Origin: Oceanispirochaeta sp.
GTDB taxonomy: Bacteria; Spirochaetota; Spirochaetia; DSM-2461
Reading direction: 5' to 3'
NCBI GenBank assembly: GCA_963666275.2
Contig: CAXXOA010000001.1
Span: 2,432,001-2,496,000 of the forward strand
Length of the DNA stretch: 64,000 nt
Below are positions 10,035 to 19,756 of the stretch, one piece after another; position 1 is the first letter of the stretch, and every line of letters starts with the position of its first letter. Both the position numbers and the translations under genes were made by a program. Under the pieces are notes generated by a model, which was not told the origin of the DNA, searched no databases, and worked only from the letters and a program-made list of their open reading frames with translations.

Positions 10035-11001
10035 TTTGCCCTCCCTTCCCTATACGGATGGAGGGTTCGGCGATTTTCTCCGCCACCCGGAGCTTGGCAC
10101 TTCGGGAGGGAGAGTTTTCCCTGATTTCCTCAGACGAGGGGACTACAGGTTTTTTTGTCAGGATATTCACGATCCTGTTATCAGATCCGCAAACACAGCG
10201 GGGAACATCGGGGTGACAGATACACTGCCTGTTAAGATCCTTAAAATACTGTTTGACTATCCGGTCTTCCAGGGAATGAAAAGTGATAACACCCACTCTG
10301 CCGCCGGGATTCAGGGCTTCTACGACCCCTTCCAGTGTCTTTTTCAGCCTGTCCAGTTCAGAGTTCACTTCAATCCTGATGGCCTGGAATGTTCTTGTAG
10401 CAGGATGGATCCTCCCATGCCTGTAATTTCCCGGTACGGAATTGAAAACAATATCTGCCAGCTGCGAAGCAGACCGGACGGGAGAGACAGACCGTTCCCT
10501 TACAATCGCCGATGCGATCCGCCTGGAATACCTCTCTTCGCCGTAACGGTAGATGAGGTCAGCCAGATCCTTTTCACTGTACTCATTCACAACAACTTCC
10601 GCCGACAGAGGATTGTCTTTATCCAGACGCATATCCAGAGGTTCATCCTTCTGAAAGGTGAAGCCGCGGCCGCTTTTCTCATAATGGAATATGGAAATCC
10701 CCAGATCCATCAGAACTCTGTCGGGCTTCACACTTCCCTGATAGGGATCGAAATAGGCATCAAACCAGGTATTTACAAAGTTGACACGGTCTCCGAAGGG
10801 AGCCAGCCGCTCACGGGCAACAGCCTGAATGGATTTATCAGCATCCAGACCTAAAACATCCAGCCGGGGAAAGCGCTTCAGAAATTCCTCAGAGTGCCCC
10901 CCCTCTCCCATGGTGCAGTCAATAAGGAGCTGCCCATCTTCAGAAGGAGCCAGAAAAGAGGTTACTTCATTTTTCATGATCGAATAATGAACATATTTCA
11001 T
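10027..11001 (-). CDS. rsmH: 16S rRNA m4C1402 methyltransferase RsmH
   Basis: DCTMGEGGHS, DLGIS, PLDMR, ITFHSLEDRIVK, RSAKLR. Confidence 0.97.
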   Translation of the reverse strand: MKYVHYSIMKNEVTSFLAPSEDGQLLIDCTMGEGGHSEEFLKRFPRLDVLGLDADKSIQAVARERLAPFGDRVNFVNTWFDAYFDPYQGSVKPDRVLMDLGISIFHYEKSGRGFTFQKDEPLDMRLDKDNPLSAEVVVNEYSEKDLADLIYRYGEERYSRRIASAIVRERSVSPVRSASQLADIVFNSVPGNYRHGRIHPATRTFQAIRIEVNSELDRLKKTLEGVVEALNPGGRVGVITFHSLEDRIVKQYFKDLNRQCICHPDVPRCVCGSDNRIVNILTKKPVVPSSEEIRENSPSRSAKLRVAEKIAEPSIRIGKGGQNG

Positions 11002-11004
11002 AAG

Positions 11005-11463
11005 CTAAAAATTTAAATCCCCCATATCAGCCAGACTGTTCCAGCCTTCTTTAACAGAAGCCGCACAGGCTTCTTCATACTCTTCATATTTTCTCTCATC
11101 CCAGATTTCCACATGGTCATCCATTCCGATGAGATAACAGTCCCTCAAAAGCCCCACAGACTTCATCAGAGAGGGAAGGAGCTTTACCCTCCCGCTTTTA
11201 TCGACAGGAATTTCCTCTGCCGGGGCAATCAGACGGCGGTAAATCTGCTGTGACTGTTCCTTAAAAAGGGAGTTTTTCGCCGTGAGGGCTGCCACAAGCT
11301 TATCCCATCGTTCAACAGGAAAGAGCCAGAGACAGTTTTCCACACTCTTTGTCAGGACAAGACTCTCCACAGGCAGCTGATTCCTCAGCTTTGAAGGAAG
11401 CATCAATCGGCCTTTTTCATCAAGAGTTCCATTAAACTGTCCTCTAATTCCCTTTATTTCCAC
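11005..11463 (-). CDS. mraZ: Transcriptional regulator MraZ
   Basis: Two DxKGR/DxSGR motifs; first gene of dcw cluster; GTG start. Confidence 0.93.
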   Translation of the reverse strand: MEIKGIRGQFNGTLDEKGRLMLPSKLRNQLPVESLVLTKSVENCLWLFPVERWDKLVAALTAKNSLFKEQSQQIYRRLIAPAEEIPVDKSGRVKLLPSLMKSVGLLRDCYLIGMDDHVEIWDERKYEEYEEACAASVKEGWNSLADMGDLNF

Positions 11464-11503
11464 AACTTCCTACAATTTACCACTAATTACCACATGTTTC
11501 CAT
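11460..11503 (-). promoter_or_regulatory. MraZ operator: five GTGG-like boxes at 10-bp period
   Basis: Minus strand ATGG-n6-GTGG-n6-GTGG-n6-GTAG-n6-GTGG, the last overlapping the mraZ start codon. Confidence 0.8.
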
Positions 11504-11604
11504 CTTAAGTATAGAAATTTGTATTGTCAACAAGGATTCAGAAAGAGAGAAGGCTAATTATTAAATAGACAGAAAAGTGGTACACATCTGTTTAGTTGAG
11601 GGGT

Positions 11605-11634
11605 AAAAAAAAGCTCCGGATTGTATTCCGGAGC
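11605..11634 (-). terminator. Rho-independent terminator after GH57 gene
   Basis: GCTCCGGA-6-TCCGGAGC stem followed by T-run on minus strand. Confidence 0.8.
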
Positions 11635-11681
11635 AAAAATGATCATTATTTTTCTCTACAGCTGCTGCAGAAAGAAGGTCC

Positions 11682-13286
11682 CTACTCTTTTTTAAAGATC
11701 CTGTAATCCAGAAAGGGAAAAATATTATCCTTCTTTTCTAGCTTGGTCAGCCATTCGGTCTTAATCGTATTCCGCGACAGGGAATCGTAGATATAGTTGA
11801 AATTGTGAATATGGGTTTTAATCCTTTTTCTGGCATATGGGACCATTGTCCCCGCTTTCATAATAAAAGGCCAGTCAGAAGCCTGGGAAAGCAGCACTTC
11901 CCTGGCGGCCTGATTCAGAGTCCTCTCTTTCAGTCCCTTCTCATCGGGAAACCGTTCCACCAGCTCTTCCATCCGCTCAATAAGTTTGTGGGTATGTCTG
12001 TAGATCCAGTCATTGCTTCCGTCAAGCCATACCTGACCGTACCCTTTATCTCCCCAGCTTGCAAAAGCCGGTTTGGTCACCTGATTGTCGGGAAACGCTT
12101 TCAGATAATCCGTAGGGGTCACCAGAGCCAGCTCAGAAGACTGAGCAGCCACTTCCCTGATTACTGCTTCCAGAAAATCGGGCCCTTCAAACCACCAGTG
12201 GCCGAAAAGCTCCGCATCATAGGGAGCGGCGATAACAGGAGGTCTGTTCATATACTCCGCCAGGGTTTCGCACTGGCGGATTCTGTTCTCCACAAAAGAC
12301 TTTGCATGCTCTACCGCTTTTTCCTGCGCCGCCTCGGGAATATAGTACTCTTTCTGGTCTGTATCACCAGTAATGGCATGATACTTGAACCCTGTATTGA
12401 CCCGGTTTACACCGTCATTGATATAGGGGCCAATATAATCCAGAGGAAGATCAAAACCGATATCCCTGTAAAAATCCCTGTAGGCGGGATCTCCGGGATA
12501 ACCGTCGATTGCCGACCAGACAGCTCTTGAGGAGGCTCTGTCCCGGGCGAATGTGGCGATCCCGTTGGGACACTGCACGGGAGCATAAACCCCGTGGACC
12601 GGTCTGTCTTCAGAATAGAGAAGACCATGGGCGGAGGATATAAAATACTTCACGCCGTAGGGCTTCAGATACTCTTCCACTCCGGGGAAATAGCCGCACT
12701 CAGGAAGCCAGACACCTTCGGGCATCCTGGAAAAGATCCTGTCATGAGATTCCACACCGGTCATGATCTGGGACTTCAGCATGGAAGGATAGGACTGATA
12801 ATGGGGAAGAAAAGCATGGGTAGCGCAGGTCGTTATCAGTTCCAGGTATCCTGTATCCTGATAGTATTTGATTTTTTTCAGGATATTCCTGTTATGAACA
12901 TCCTCAAACTCCCGGAGGTTTCTTGTAAAAAACTCTTTATACATAATCGAAAGCTTCAGAACTTCCGGATCCTTTCTGTTCCGTTCCAGTTCTTTGTCAG
13001 CCAGCTCAATCAGAAGAGTCAGATGATCCACATAGCGCTGCATCAGAAGTTCATCCTGAAGCATGTGTGTAAGGGTGGGAGAAAGAGAGAGTGTCAGTCT
13101 GAAGGGGATTCCGTCAGTTTCAAGGCGTTCAAAAACCCTCAGCATGGGCAGATATGTTTCTGAAATAGCTTCAAAAAGCCAGACCTCTTCCAGGAAAGTG
13201 TCATATTCCGGATGCCTGACAAAAGGGAGATGCATATGCAGGATAAACGAAATCAATCCCTTTTTATTCTTCAGCGATTCAATCAT
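11682..13286 (-). CDS. GH57 1,4-alpha-glucan branching enzyme (DUF1957-type C-terminus)
   Basis: LHMHLPFVRHPE, GVWLPECGY, PYDAELFGHWWFEG, QASDWPFI; start overlaps the upstream stop. Confidence 0.9.
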   Translation of the reverse strand: MIESLKNKKGLISFILHMHLPFVRHPEYDTFLEEVWLFEAISETYLPMLRVFERLETDGIPFRLTLSLSPTLTHMLQDELLMQRYVDHLTLLIELADKELERNRKDPEVLKLSIMYKEFFTRNLREFEDVHNRNILKKIKYYQDTGYLELITTCATHAFLPHYQSYPSMLKSQIMTGVESHDRIFSRMPEGVWLPECGYFPGVEEYLKPYGVKYFISSAHGLLYSEDRPVHGVYAPVQCPNGIATFARDRASSRAVWSAIDGYPGDPAYRDFYRDIGFDLPLDYIGPYINDGVNRVNTGFKYHAITGDTDQKEYYIPEAAQEKAVEHAKSFVENRIRQCETLAEYMNRPPVIAAPYDAELFGHWWFEGPDFLEAVIREVAAQSSELALVTPTDYLKAFPDNQVTKPAFASWGDKGYGQVWLDGSNDWIYRHTHKLIERMEELVERFPDEKGLKERTLNQAAREVLLSQASDWPFIMKAGTMVPYARKRIKTHIHNFNYIYDSLSRNTIKTEWLTKLEKKDNIFPFLDYRIFKKE

Positions 13287-14028
13287 TAAACTGTTCCTCA
13301 TCGATGAGATCGTGTATAGGTATAATTCTCTGGGGGATATCCTGATAACCGGAAACCCCGTGGGCATCTCCGAATTCTGCAGAAAACCCCGAAAGGCGTA
13401 TCAATTCACTGCTGCTTGAAATATCATTTTCATGAGGAGCCGTCACATATTCCCTGGTTGTTTCAATAATATTGGAACGGACAATCAGATAGTCCTTGTC
13501 ATCCACGAGAGCCCGGACTTCGGCGCAGTAAAAAGTGTCTTCACTGGGAAGGTTGACATAGCGTCTGAAATCCACGGATTTTATGGGGATATCAAAGTAG
13601 TCAAGCACAGCGTCCTTGTCGTATTCAGCGGAATCCAGCTCGACAATCCTGAAAATAAGACCTTTGTAACCGGGAGTATTTTCAACCTCTTCCAGCTTCT
13701 TATCCTCCAGATCCCAGTAACAGAATATCCAGGAGGGATCCCGCAGAAGAACGGTGATCTTTGTTTCGTTGTACCGGAGAGGAAGCTCCAGATCGTCTTC
13801 CGTATCCAGATCGATCTCCTCATCCTGACAGATGGAAAATTTCCTGGATTCCATCTGAATGGCCAGATTATGAAGCTCTTCTCTTTCGATCCGGTCCTCT
13901 TCATAAGCATCAATCAGAATATTGATAAGAGTGTCCTTATCAACGCCGGGTGTAACAAGAACATTCGATCTGTTGGAGATTTCAATCAATTGTTCATAAG
14001 TGAATGAATGAAGGCGTTCTTTTGTCAT
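13279..14028 (-). CDS. DUF4912-domain protein
   Basis: LPLRYNET..VLLRDPSWIFCYWD...RSN motif; typical neighbour of GH57 branching enzyme. Confidence 0.8.
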   Translation of the reverse strand: MTKERLHSFTYEQLIEISNRSNVLVTPGVDKDTLINILIDAYEEDRIEREELHNLAIQMESRKFSICQDEEIDLDTEDDLELPLRYNETKITVLLRDPSWIFCYWDLEDKKLEEVENTPGYKGLIFRIVELDSAEYDKDAVLDYFDIPIKSVDFRRYVNLPSEDTFYCAEVRALVDDKDYLIVRSNIIETTREYVTAPHENDISSSSELIRLSGFSAEFGDAHGVSGYQDIPQRIIPIHDLIDEEQFND

Positions 14029-14168
14029 TTAATACCTATTCCAATTTTGATCTGTTAATCGTAGGAAAAATGCTAAAACAATGTCAAGGGTATCAAGTTA
14101 CGGATTTTATCTCTATCTACTACAATGACTGTTTACAAGAATAGCGCTTTTCCGTCAATATATTCATT

Positions 14169-16496
14169 ATGAAAACCATAATAATCCATGGGCATTTTTA
14201 CCAGCCCCCCAGGGAAAACCCCTGGACTGGCATGATTGAAGATCAGCCTAGTGCGGCTCCCTATAATAACTGGAATCAGAGGATTCAGGAAGAGTGTTAC
14301 GAATCCAATGGCTGGTCTCCGGTCCTGGATGCCCGGGGAAAGACCAGCTGTATTCTGAATAACTACGAATACCTATCCTTCAATTTCGGTCCGACCCTCC
14401 TCTCCTGGATCAGAGACCACGCCCCTCTGACCTACGAAAAAATTCTGCAGGGAGACAAAAACAGCCGTATCCGAAACAATGGACACGGCAATGCCCTTGC
14501 TCAGGTATATAACCATATTATTATGCCTCTGGCAACAGAGAAAGACCGGCTCACGCAAATTGAGTGGGGAATTAAAGACTTTCAGCACCACTTCTCCCAG
14601 GATCCCGAAGGGATGTGGCTGGCTGAAACTGCCATCCATCCGGAAACTGCCAATGAGCTTGTAAAATCCGGTATCAAATATACGGTTCTCTCTCCCTGGC
14701 AGGCTAAAAGCCTCCTCAGACCGGGAAAAGAGGCCATACCTGCGGACAACTCCCCCGATCTCTGGAAAAAGCCCTGGACCCTCTCCTGCCCCGACGGAGA
14801 GCTCACAGTGTTCTTCTATCACCCGGGTCTGTCCAGCGATATTTCTTTCCAGCACCTGCTCAGGGATGCCAACAACTTTTACGGCAGAGTCACCAGGGAG
14901 CTGACGGGAGACTGGAGCCAGCTGCCCATTGCCACAGACGGGGAAATCTACGGACACCATGAAAAACTCGGTAACATGGGACTTTCCGCCTTTCTTGCCA
15001 AAGTGGAAGACGAACCCTCTCTTAAAATGGGGAATTTCGGAGCCATCATGAACGAAACATCCCCGGAAGGGCATGTGCTCCTCCATGAAGGAGAAGCGGA
15101 AAAGGGTTCATCCTGGAGCTGTTCTCACGGCGTTTCCCGCTGGTACAAGGACTGCGGATGCCATACAGGCAGCCAGAGCGGATGGAACCAGAAATGGCGC
15201 TCCCCTCTGCGGGAAGGCTTCGACAGGCTTTCGGGAGAAATCGACAGGATCTACCGGAAAGGGATGAGCAGGCTGAGCAGAAAAGACCCCTGGGAGATCC
15301 GCAACAGATACATTCAGGTGCTGCTGAACCCCGGCAGAGCAGAAGATTTTTATGAAGAATACAGCTCCGGAAAAAGGTCTCCCAGTGACAAACTCCTGTT
15401 TTTCAGACTTCTGGAAGGGCAGAAATTCAAACTTTTCATGTTCACCTCCTGCGGATGGTTTTTCTCGGATATTTCCGGCCTGGAACCGGTGCAGAACATG
15501 ATGTATGCAGCCCGTGTCATAGACTTATACTCTCCCTTTTTTACATCCTCACCGGAAAACCTCCTCCTGGAATACCTGGCGGAAGCGGAAAGCAACATCA
15601 AAGCAAAAGGCAACGGCGCCGTCCTCTATACAAGCCGCAAGTTCGAACTTATGAAGGAACGGTATAAAATGGCAGCCTGGATGATACTCAACCGTTTCTA
15701 CTCTCTTACCGAACCGGAGCAGAAAAGAGGCTTTTATCATACAGAAAAGTATGAAATTGAGAAAACAGATGAGTATCTTTACAGCGGAAATATTGTACTG
15801 AAAAACTATTACACCCTCACCACAGAGGTATATTTCTTTGAAATTGAAGCGGAAAACAGGCTTTTTTCCCGGCTGACCATTCATCAGGGAGAAAGATCCC
15901 AGAGCCTCACTCCTGAAGATCTGCCCCTCAGACTGAAAAAAAGCCTTCTGAAAGCCCTCTCAGTATCCAGAACTACAGATTCCACCATGATCAGTGAACG
16001 CTTCAATGATACGGTGACCCAGCTGAATGAGATGATGCAGCTCCGGGCCACAGAAAACAGTTCCCTGAAAGACACTCTCAACGCCCTGCTCTATTACACC
16101 CTCCGTGAGATCACCTATATGATGGAAAAGAACATTGAAGGATCCTGGGAAAATTTCAGTGAGATCATCCGGACTGCCATGAGCAGAGGGATAGAACTGC
16201 CGGAGGATCTATCCTTCTGGATGCAGGAAATCCTGGAACTGAAAATCATGAAGTGGAGATTGAAACCTGTCCATACAGAACAGGAGTGGCTTAACGCCTA
16301 TAATGGTTTGAAAGTTCTGTTCAATGCCTCGGGAAAAATGCCTGCAAAACCCATCACTCTAGCCCAGACCGGCAAGATTTGCGATGTACTGTTTCAAACG
16401 GATGAGGGAAATGAAGTTCTTGAAAAATCTGCGAAAGATATGACTTCAGACCTGATGAGGGAACTGAACCTGGCCGAAGATTTCCATATGCCCTGA
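14169..16496 (+). CDS. GH57 glycoside hydrolase (DUF3536-type)
   Basis: IHGHFYQPPRENPW, GMWLAETA, ATDGEIYGHH, SWSCSHGVSRW, MFTSCGWFF. Confidence 0.88.
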   Translation: MKTIIIHGHFYQPPRENPWTGMIEDQPSAAPYNNWNQRIQEECYESNGWSPVLDARGKTSCILNNYEYLSFNFGPTLLSWIRDHAPLTYEKILQGDKNSRIRNNGHGNALAQVYNHIIMPLATEKDRLTQIEWGIKDFQHHFSQDPEGMWLAETAIHPETANELVKSGIKYTVLSPWQAKSLLRPGKEAIPADNSPDLWKKPWTLSCPDGELTVFFYHPGLSSDISFQHLLRDANNFYGRVTRELTGDWSQLPIATDGEIYGHHEKLGNMGLSAFLAKVEDEPSLKMGNFGAIMNETSPEGHVLLHEGEAEKGSSWSCSHGVSRWYKDCGCHTGSQSGWNQKWRSPLREGFDRLSGEIDRIYRKGMSRLSRKDPWEIRNRYIQVLLNPGRAEDFYEEYSSGKRSPSDKLLFFRLLEGQKFKLFMFTSCGWFFSDISGLEPVQNMMYAARVIDLYSPFFTSSPENLLLEYLAEAESNIKAKGNGAVLYTSRKFELMKERYKMAAWMILNRFYSLTEPEQKRGFYHTEKYEIEKTDEYLYSGNIVLKNYYTLTTEVYFFEIEAENRLFSRLTIHQGERSQSLTPEDLPLRLKKSLLKALSVSRTTDSTMISERFNDTVTQLNEMMQLRATENSSLKDTLNALLYYTLREITYMMEKNIEGSWENFSEIIRTAMSRGIELPEDLSFWMQEILELKIMKWRLKPVHTEQEWLNAYNGLKVLFNASGKMPAKPITLAQTGKICDVLFQTDEGNEVLEKSAKDMTSDLMRELNLAEDFHMP

Positions 16497-16517
16497 ACCA
16501 GCCCCTCCCCTGAGGAG

Positions 16518-17357
16518 CTACTTCTGAAAGAGAAAAATCATGACGTCGCCCCAGCCCAGGGGCTTAACAAGCCTGTCGGCCGTTTTTTTGAGCCATAAGG
16601 GAGCCGTCCCCATCCCCAGGCCGCCCCAGGTCCTGTGTCTAATGACTCTGAAACCGGCTTTTTCCGCAAGAAGCGGCAGGGTCCTCCGGGAAAACAGAAA
16701 AAGATGATCCGGGATGGCGGAGCGCCACTTTTCCTGAAACAGAAGCGCCTGAAGCCCCAGAGCATTGGGGGTGGTACAGATGTAATACCCTCCGGGTTTC
16801 AGGATACGGTAGATTCCTGCCATAAACTCATCGGGCTGATTGATATGTTCAATCACATGAGAGTTATGGACTATATCAAAACGGTTTTCCTCAAAACCGG
16901 CGTCCTCCAGAGTTCCTATGTGTATGGGGACCTTATGAGTGTTAATACCGAATTCCGCTGCTGGGCGACAAACCTCCACTCCCTGAGCATCCCATCCGGC
17001 TTCCCGGAGAAAAGCCGCCAGACGGCCCGTAGCGCATCCTATATCAAGGAATGACTTCTCATCCCGCCCTGCCATTCCGAGGGAATCAAAACCTATATCC
17101 CGGAGGCCCAGGTGCATCAGATTCAGAAAGGCTTCTTCATTTTGGCGTTCATAATGGAAATACTCTTCATCGTATCGCTCAATGATATCATCCGTCACAG
17201 GCTGAGGATTCTGCAGAAGAAGAGAACACTCTGTGCATCTAACCCAGGAGCTTTCTCCAGTTTCCCAGTGGGGATGAAAAGAATCACTGCCGCAGACCGG
17301 ACAACCTATACGGTCCGACTGCTCCTGTGTTCCCGGTTTTTTGGAAAATGTCTTCAT
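16518..17357 (-). CDS. Class I SAM-dependent methyltransferase with N-terminal Cys4 Zn-ribbon
   Basis: CPVC...CTEC; FLDIGCATG; HVIEHI; LKPGG. Confidence 0.85.
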   Translation of the reverse strand: MKTFSKKPGTQEQSDRIGCPVCGSDSFHPHWETGESSWVRCTECSLLLQNPQPVTDDIIERYDEEYFHYERQNEEAFLNLMHLGLRDIGFDSLGMAGRDEKSFLDIGCATGRLAAFLREAGWDAQGVEVCRPAAEFGINTHKVPIHIGTLEDAGFEENRFDIVHNSHVIEHINQPDEFMAGIYRILKPGGYYICTTPNALGLQALLFQEKWRSAIPDHLFLFSRRTLPLLAEKAGFRVIRHRTWGGLGMGTAPLWLKKTADRLVKPLGWGDVMIFLFQK

Positions 17358-18215
17358 CTACTGCCTTAATACCCTGAAACTGAAGGTTTCAATACTTTCA
17401 TTGCCGAAAAAATCCTCCATCACGACCTCCAGTGATGCTGTCCCGGAGTTCAATGTTATATCCCCCAGAAAGAGATAGCCGGCGGCATTGAAAACATCCT
17501 CCACAGAAACGCCATCCTGCAGAGCGATGGTATTGTCTCTCTGTACCAGAGAATCCAGGCGCCTTTGCGCCAGAAGGGTCCCAAGGTTATAAAGGGAAAC
17601 AGAAAAAGGCATGACCAGAAGATCATCCCGGGAGCTGAACCTGTCTTCCACATGGAGAAAGGCTTTGTACACACCAGCAGGTACACTCCTGTCGGGTGAA
17701 ATGAGGAATTCTGCGCCGTTTGAATCAACCAGCAGAACCTCTTCCAGCCGGGGGGGAACACTGTCGTTCAGGCCGGGCAGAAGAAGCAGGGGATTTACCA
17801 GACGGCCCAGGCGGGCATCCCTGATGGTGAAACAGTACTCAGATAGCGGGTCCTCTCCTCTGTAGAGATAGTCTGACGGGGAGACACGGTCCGGAAGATC
17901 TTCGACACTCCCCGGAGGCAGCCCCCTGTATATGGACTGAAATCCATTGTCATGCTCCAGTACAAGGAGTGCCGAATCCGTAAAAGGACTGGGACTGAAA
18001 GGATCCGGTTCATATTTGTAGACAACCCGTCCCTGATCAAAAGGATTAACCGTTTCCACCTGTTCAAAAGAGAGCCCTTTAAATACACTGTCTCCCGCAG
18101 GGAGAGCAAATGTACCTGCCAGTCCCCGGGGATCCGAAGGCCACTGAAAGGCAGAGAGCTGAGCAGAGGCCGTAATGAGGAACGATAAAAGCAGAAAAGA
18201 CCGCCGCTTTGACAT
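17358..18215 (-). CDS. Exported protein, degenerate M23-peptidase-like N-terminus
   Basis: Signal peptide, FQWP...F...GL, LEHDNGFQSIY, VNPLLLL; Zn-ligand His residues absent. Confidence 0.55.
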   Translation of the reverse strand: MSKRRSFLLLSFLITASAQLSAFQWPSDPRGLAGTFALPAGDSVFKGLSFEQVETVNPFDQGRVVYKYEPDPFSPSPFTDSALLVLEHDNGFQSIYRGLPPGSVEDLPDRVSPSDYLYRGEDPLSEYCFTIRDARLGRLVNPLLLLPGLNDSVPPRLEEVLLVDSNGAEFLISPDRSVPAGVYKAFLHVEDRFSSRDDLLVMPFSVSLYNLGTLLAQRRLDSLVQRDNTIALQDGVSVEDVFNAAGYLFLGDITLNSGTASLEVVMEDFFGNESIETFSFRVLRQ

Positions 18216-19267
18216 CAGTAGGCCTCCTGCGTATACAAAAGATATCTGTTATCAAGGACAAGAGAGAAACCTCTCGCTGTTTTATTGAAATGAGAGAGGA
18301 CACCCTGCGCTTTATCCGAAAAAACAAGTTCCCCTGTAAAAGCTCTGGCTCTGATAAGGCTGCCCGAACGGGAGGTTTCTGCTGTCAGAGTCATATGCTG
18401 ATCCTCATCGGGCAGCATCTGAAGAAGATTCCCTTCCATTTCCAGCTCCTGAACCAGGCCTTCTTCATTGTAAAGCTGCACCTTACCCGGCTGTTCTACC
18501 CATACAGAGTAGTCCTCGTTGCCTATACTCAGCTTGACAGGCCTTACATAATGACTTGTCAGCGGAAAGCGGGCTATCTCCGTATAAACCAGTGGAGAGG
18601 ACTGGTGATACAATACAAGAACCTGATCATCCAGCCCGGAAAGGGCTACAAGAAATGAGGAATCCTCGGAAAGGGCCAGGCCGTAAACAACTTTGTCCTT
18701 TTCCGCTTCCTGGGAATCCAGAGAGGCCATTGTTCCGTCTTTTCTGAAAAAGTGTATCTGCCCGTCCAGAGTTCCGAATACCACAATCATGCTGCTGGCT
18801 GTCAAAGCTGTCACAGGTGAGACGCCCTCCCAGAACCAGAGGATTTCTCCTGATGTACTGACCTCCCGGAGCAGTGTCCCCGATGCATCGCTGATCAGGA
18901 AATGACCGTTGAAAATCATGGGATATCCGGGAATCTCAAACTCTATGGAATTCTTATTGGTCAGATTTACGAGAGTAGAGGTTATGCCGTCCGAGCTTGT
19001 GAAACTGTGACTGAGAGAGTAGTTCTGTCTGTACCCCTGTGCTTCATGAAGCATTGAGGGACCATGGGGCATCAGGACCCCTGAATAGGATCCGTTATGT
19101 ATCATTTCCGGGTCATCCAGCTGGGGGAAGGATTTTCCATCCGCCCGGGAGAGATCCTGAACCAGAGCGGGAGTCCAGACAATCTCCTTACCGCCGTCCA
19201 GGGGGAAGGAGAAGTAATACAGAACAAAAAGGATAGATAATAATGAGAAAAATAAGGATTTTTTCAT
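18215..19267 (-). CDS. Membrane-anchored beta-propeller-like hypothetical protein
   Basis: N-terminal TM; GEILW, GTLDGQIHF WD40/PQQ-like strands. Confidence 0.5.
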   Translation of the reverse strand: MKKSLFFSLLSILFVLYYFSFPLDGGKEIVWTPALVQDLSRADGKSFPQLDDPEMIHNGSYSGVLMPHGPSMLHEAQGYRQNYSLSHSFTSSDGITSTLVNLTNKNSIEFEIPGYPMIFNGHFLISDASGTLLREVSTSGEILWFWEGVSPVTALTASSMIVVFGTLDGQIHFFRKDGTMASLDSQEAEKDKVVYGLALSEDSSFLVALSGLDDQVLVLYHQSSPLVYTEIARFPLTSHYVRPVKLSIGNEDYSVWVEQPGKVQLYNEEGLVQELEMEGNLLQMLPDEDQHMTLTAETSRSGSLIRARAFTGELVFSDKAQGVLSHFNKTARGFSLVLDNRYLLYTQEAY

Positions 19268-19347
19268 GCTCTCTCTACAAAAAACCGGCTGCTATTCATT
19301 ATACTTAGACCATAATAGAAATTATAAGCTCATTATGCAAGCGAGAT

Positions 19348-19755
19348 ATGAAGATGAATAAATATGAACTGATGGAAATTGCCAGGAACGCTGCGGAAGC
19401 ATCCTACTCACCCTACTCCCATTTTCGGGTGGGAGCTGCTCTTCTCTGCTCCAACGGGGAAATCATCACAGGGACCAATGTGGAAAACCGCTCCTTCGGA
19501 TTAACGATCTGCGCAGAAAGAGGAGCCCTGGTGTCTGCCGTGACCAGAGGGATTCAGTCTTTTGAAGCCCTGGCTGTTTCCTGCCCCGATGCGGATTACC
19601 CGGTTTCCCCCTGCGGTGCCTGCAGACAGGTTATAAGTGAATTTGTAGAAGCAGATTTCCCGGTCTATTTTCAGGGAGGAGAAGGTGAAATGGTCACCAG
19701 AACCATGACGGAACTCTTCCCCTCGGACGCTTTGAGTGAATTGAAAGAAAAATAA
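19348..19755 (+). CDS. cdd: Cytidine deaminase
   Basis: YSPYSHFRVGAA, NVEN, CAER, PCGACRQ. Confidence 0.96.
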   Translation: MKMNKYELMEIARNAAEASYSPYSHFRVGAALLCSNGEIITGTNVENRSFGLTICAERGALVSAVTRGIQSFEALAVSCPDADYPVSPCGACRQVISEFVEADFPVYFQGGEGEMVTRTMTELFPSDALSELKEK

Positions 19756-19756
19756 C

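Noticed and set aside
1986..10854. Long plus-strand ORFs (e.g. 2998-3927, 4580-5584, 8614-9861)
   Set aside because: Antisense mirrors of well-supported dcw genes with no recognisable motifs; the same applies to similar ORFs elsewhere in the window
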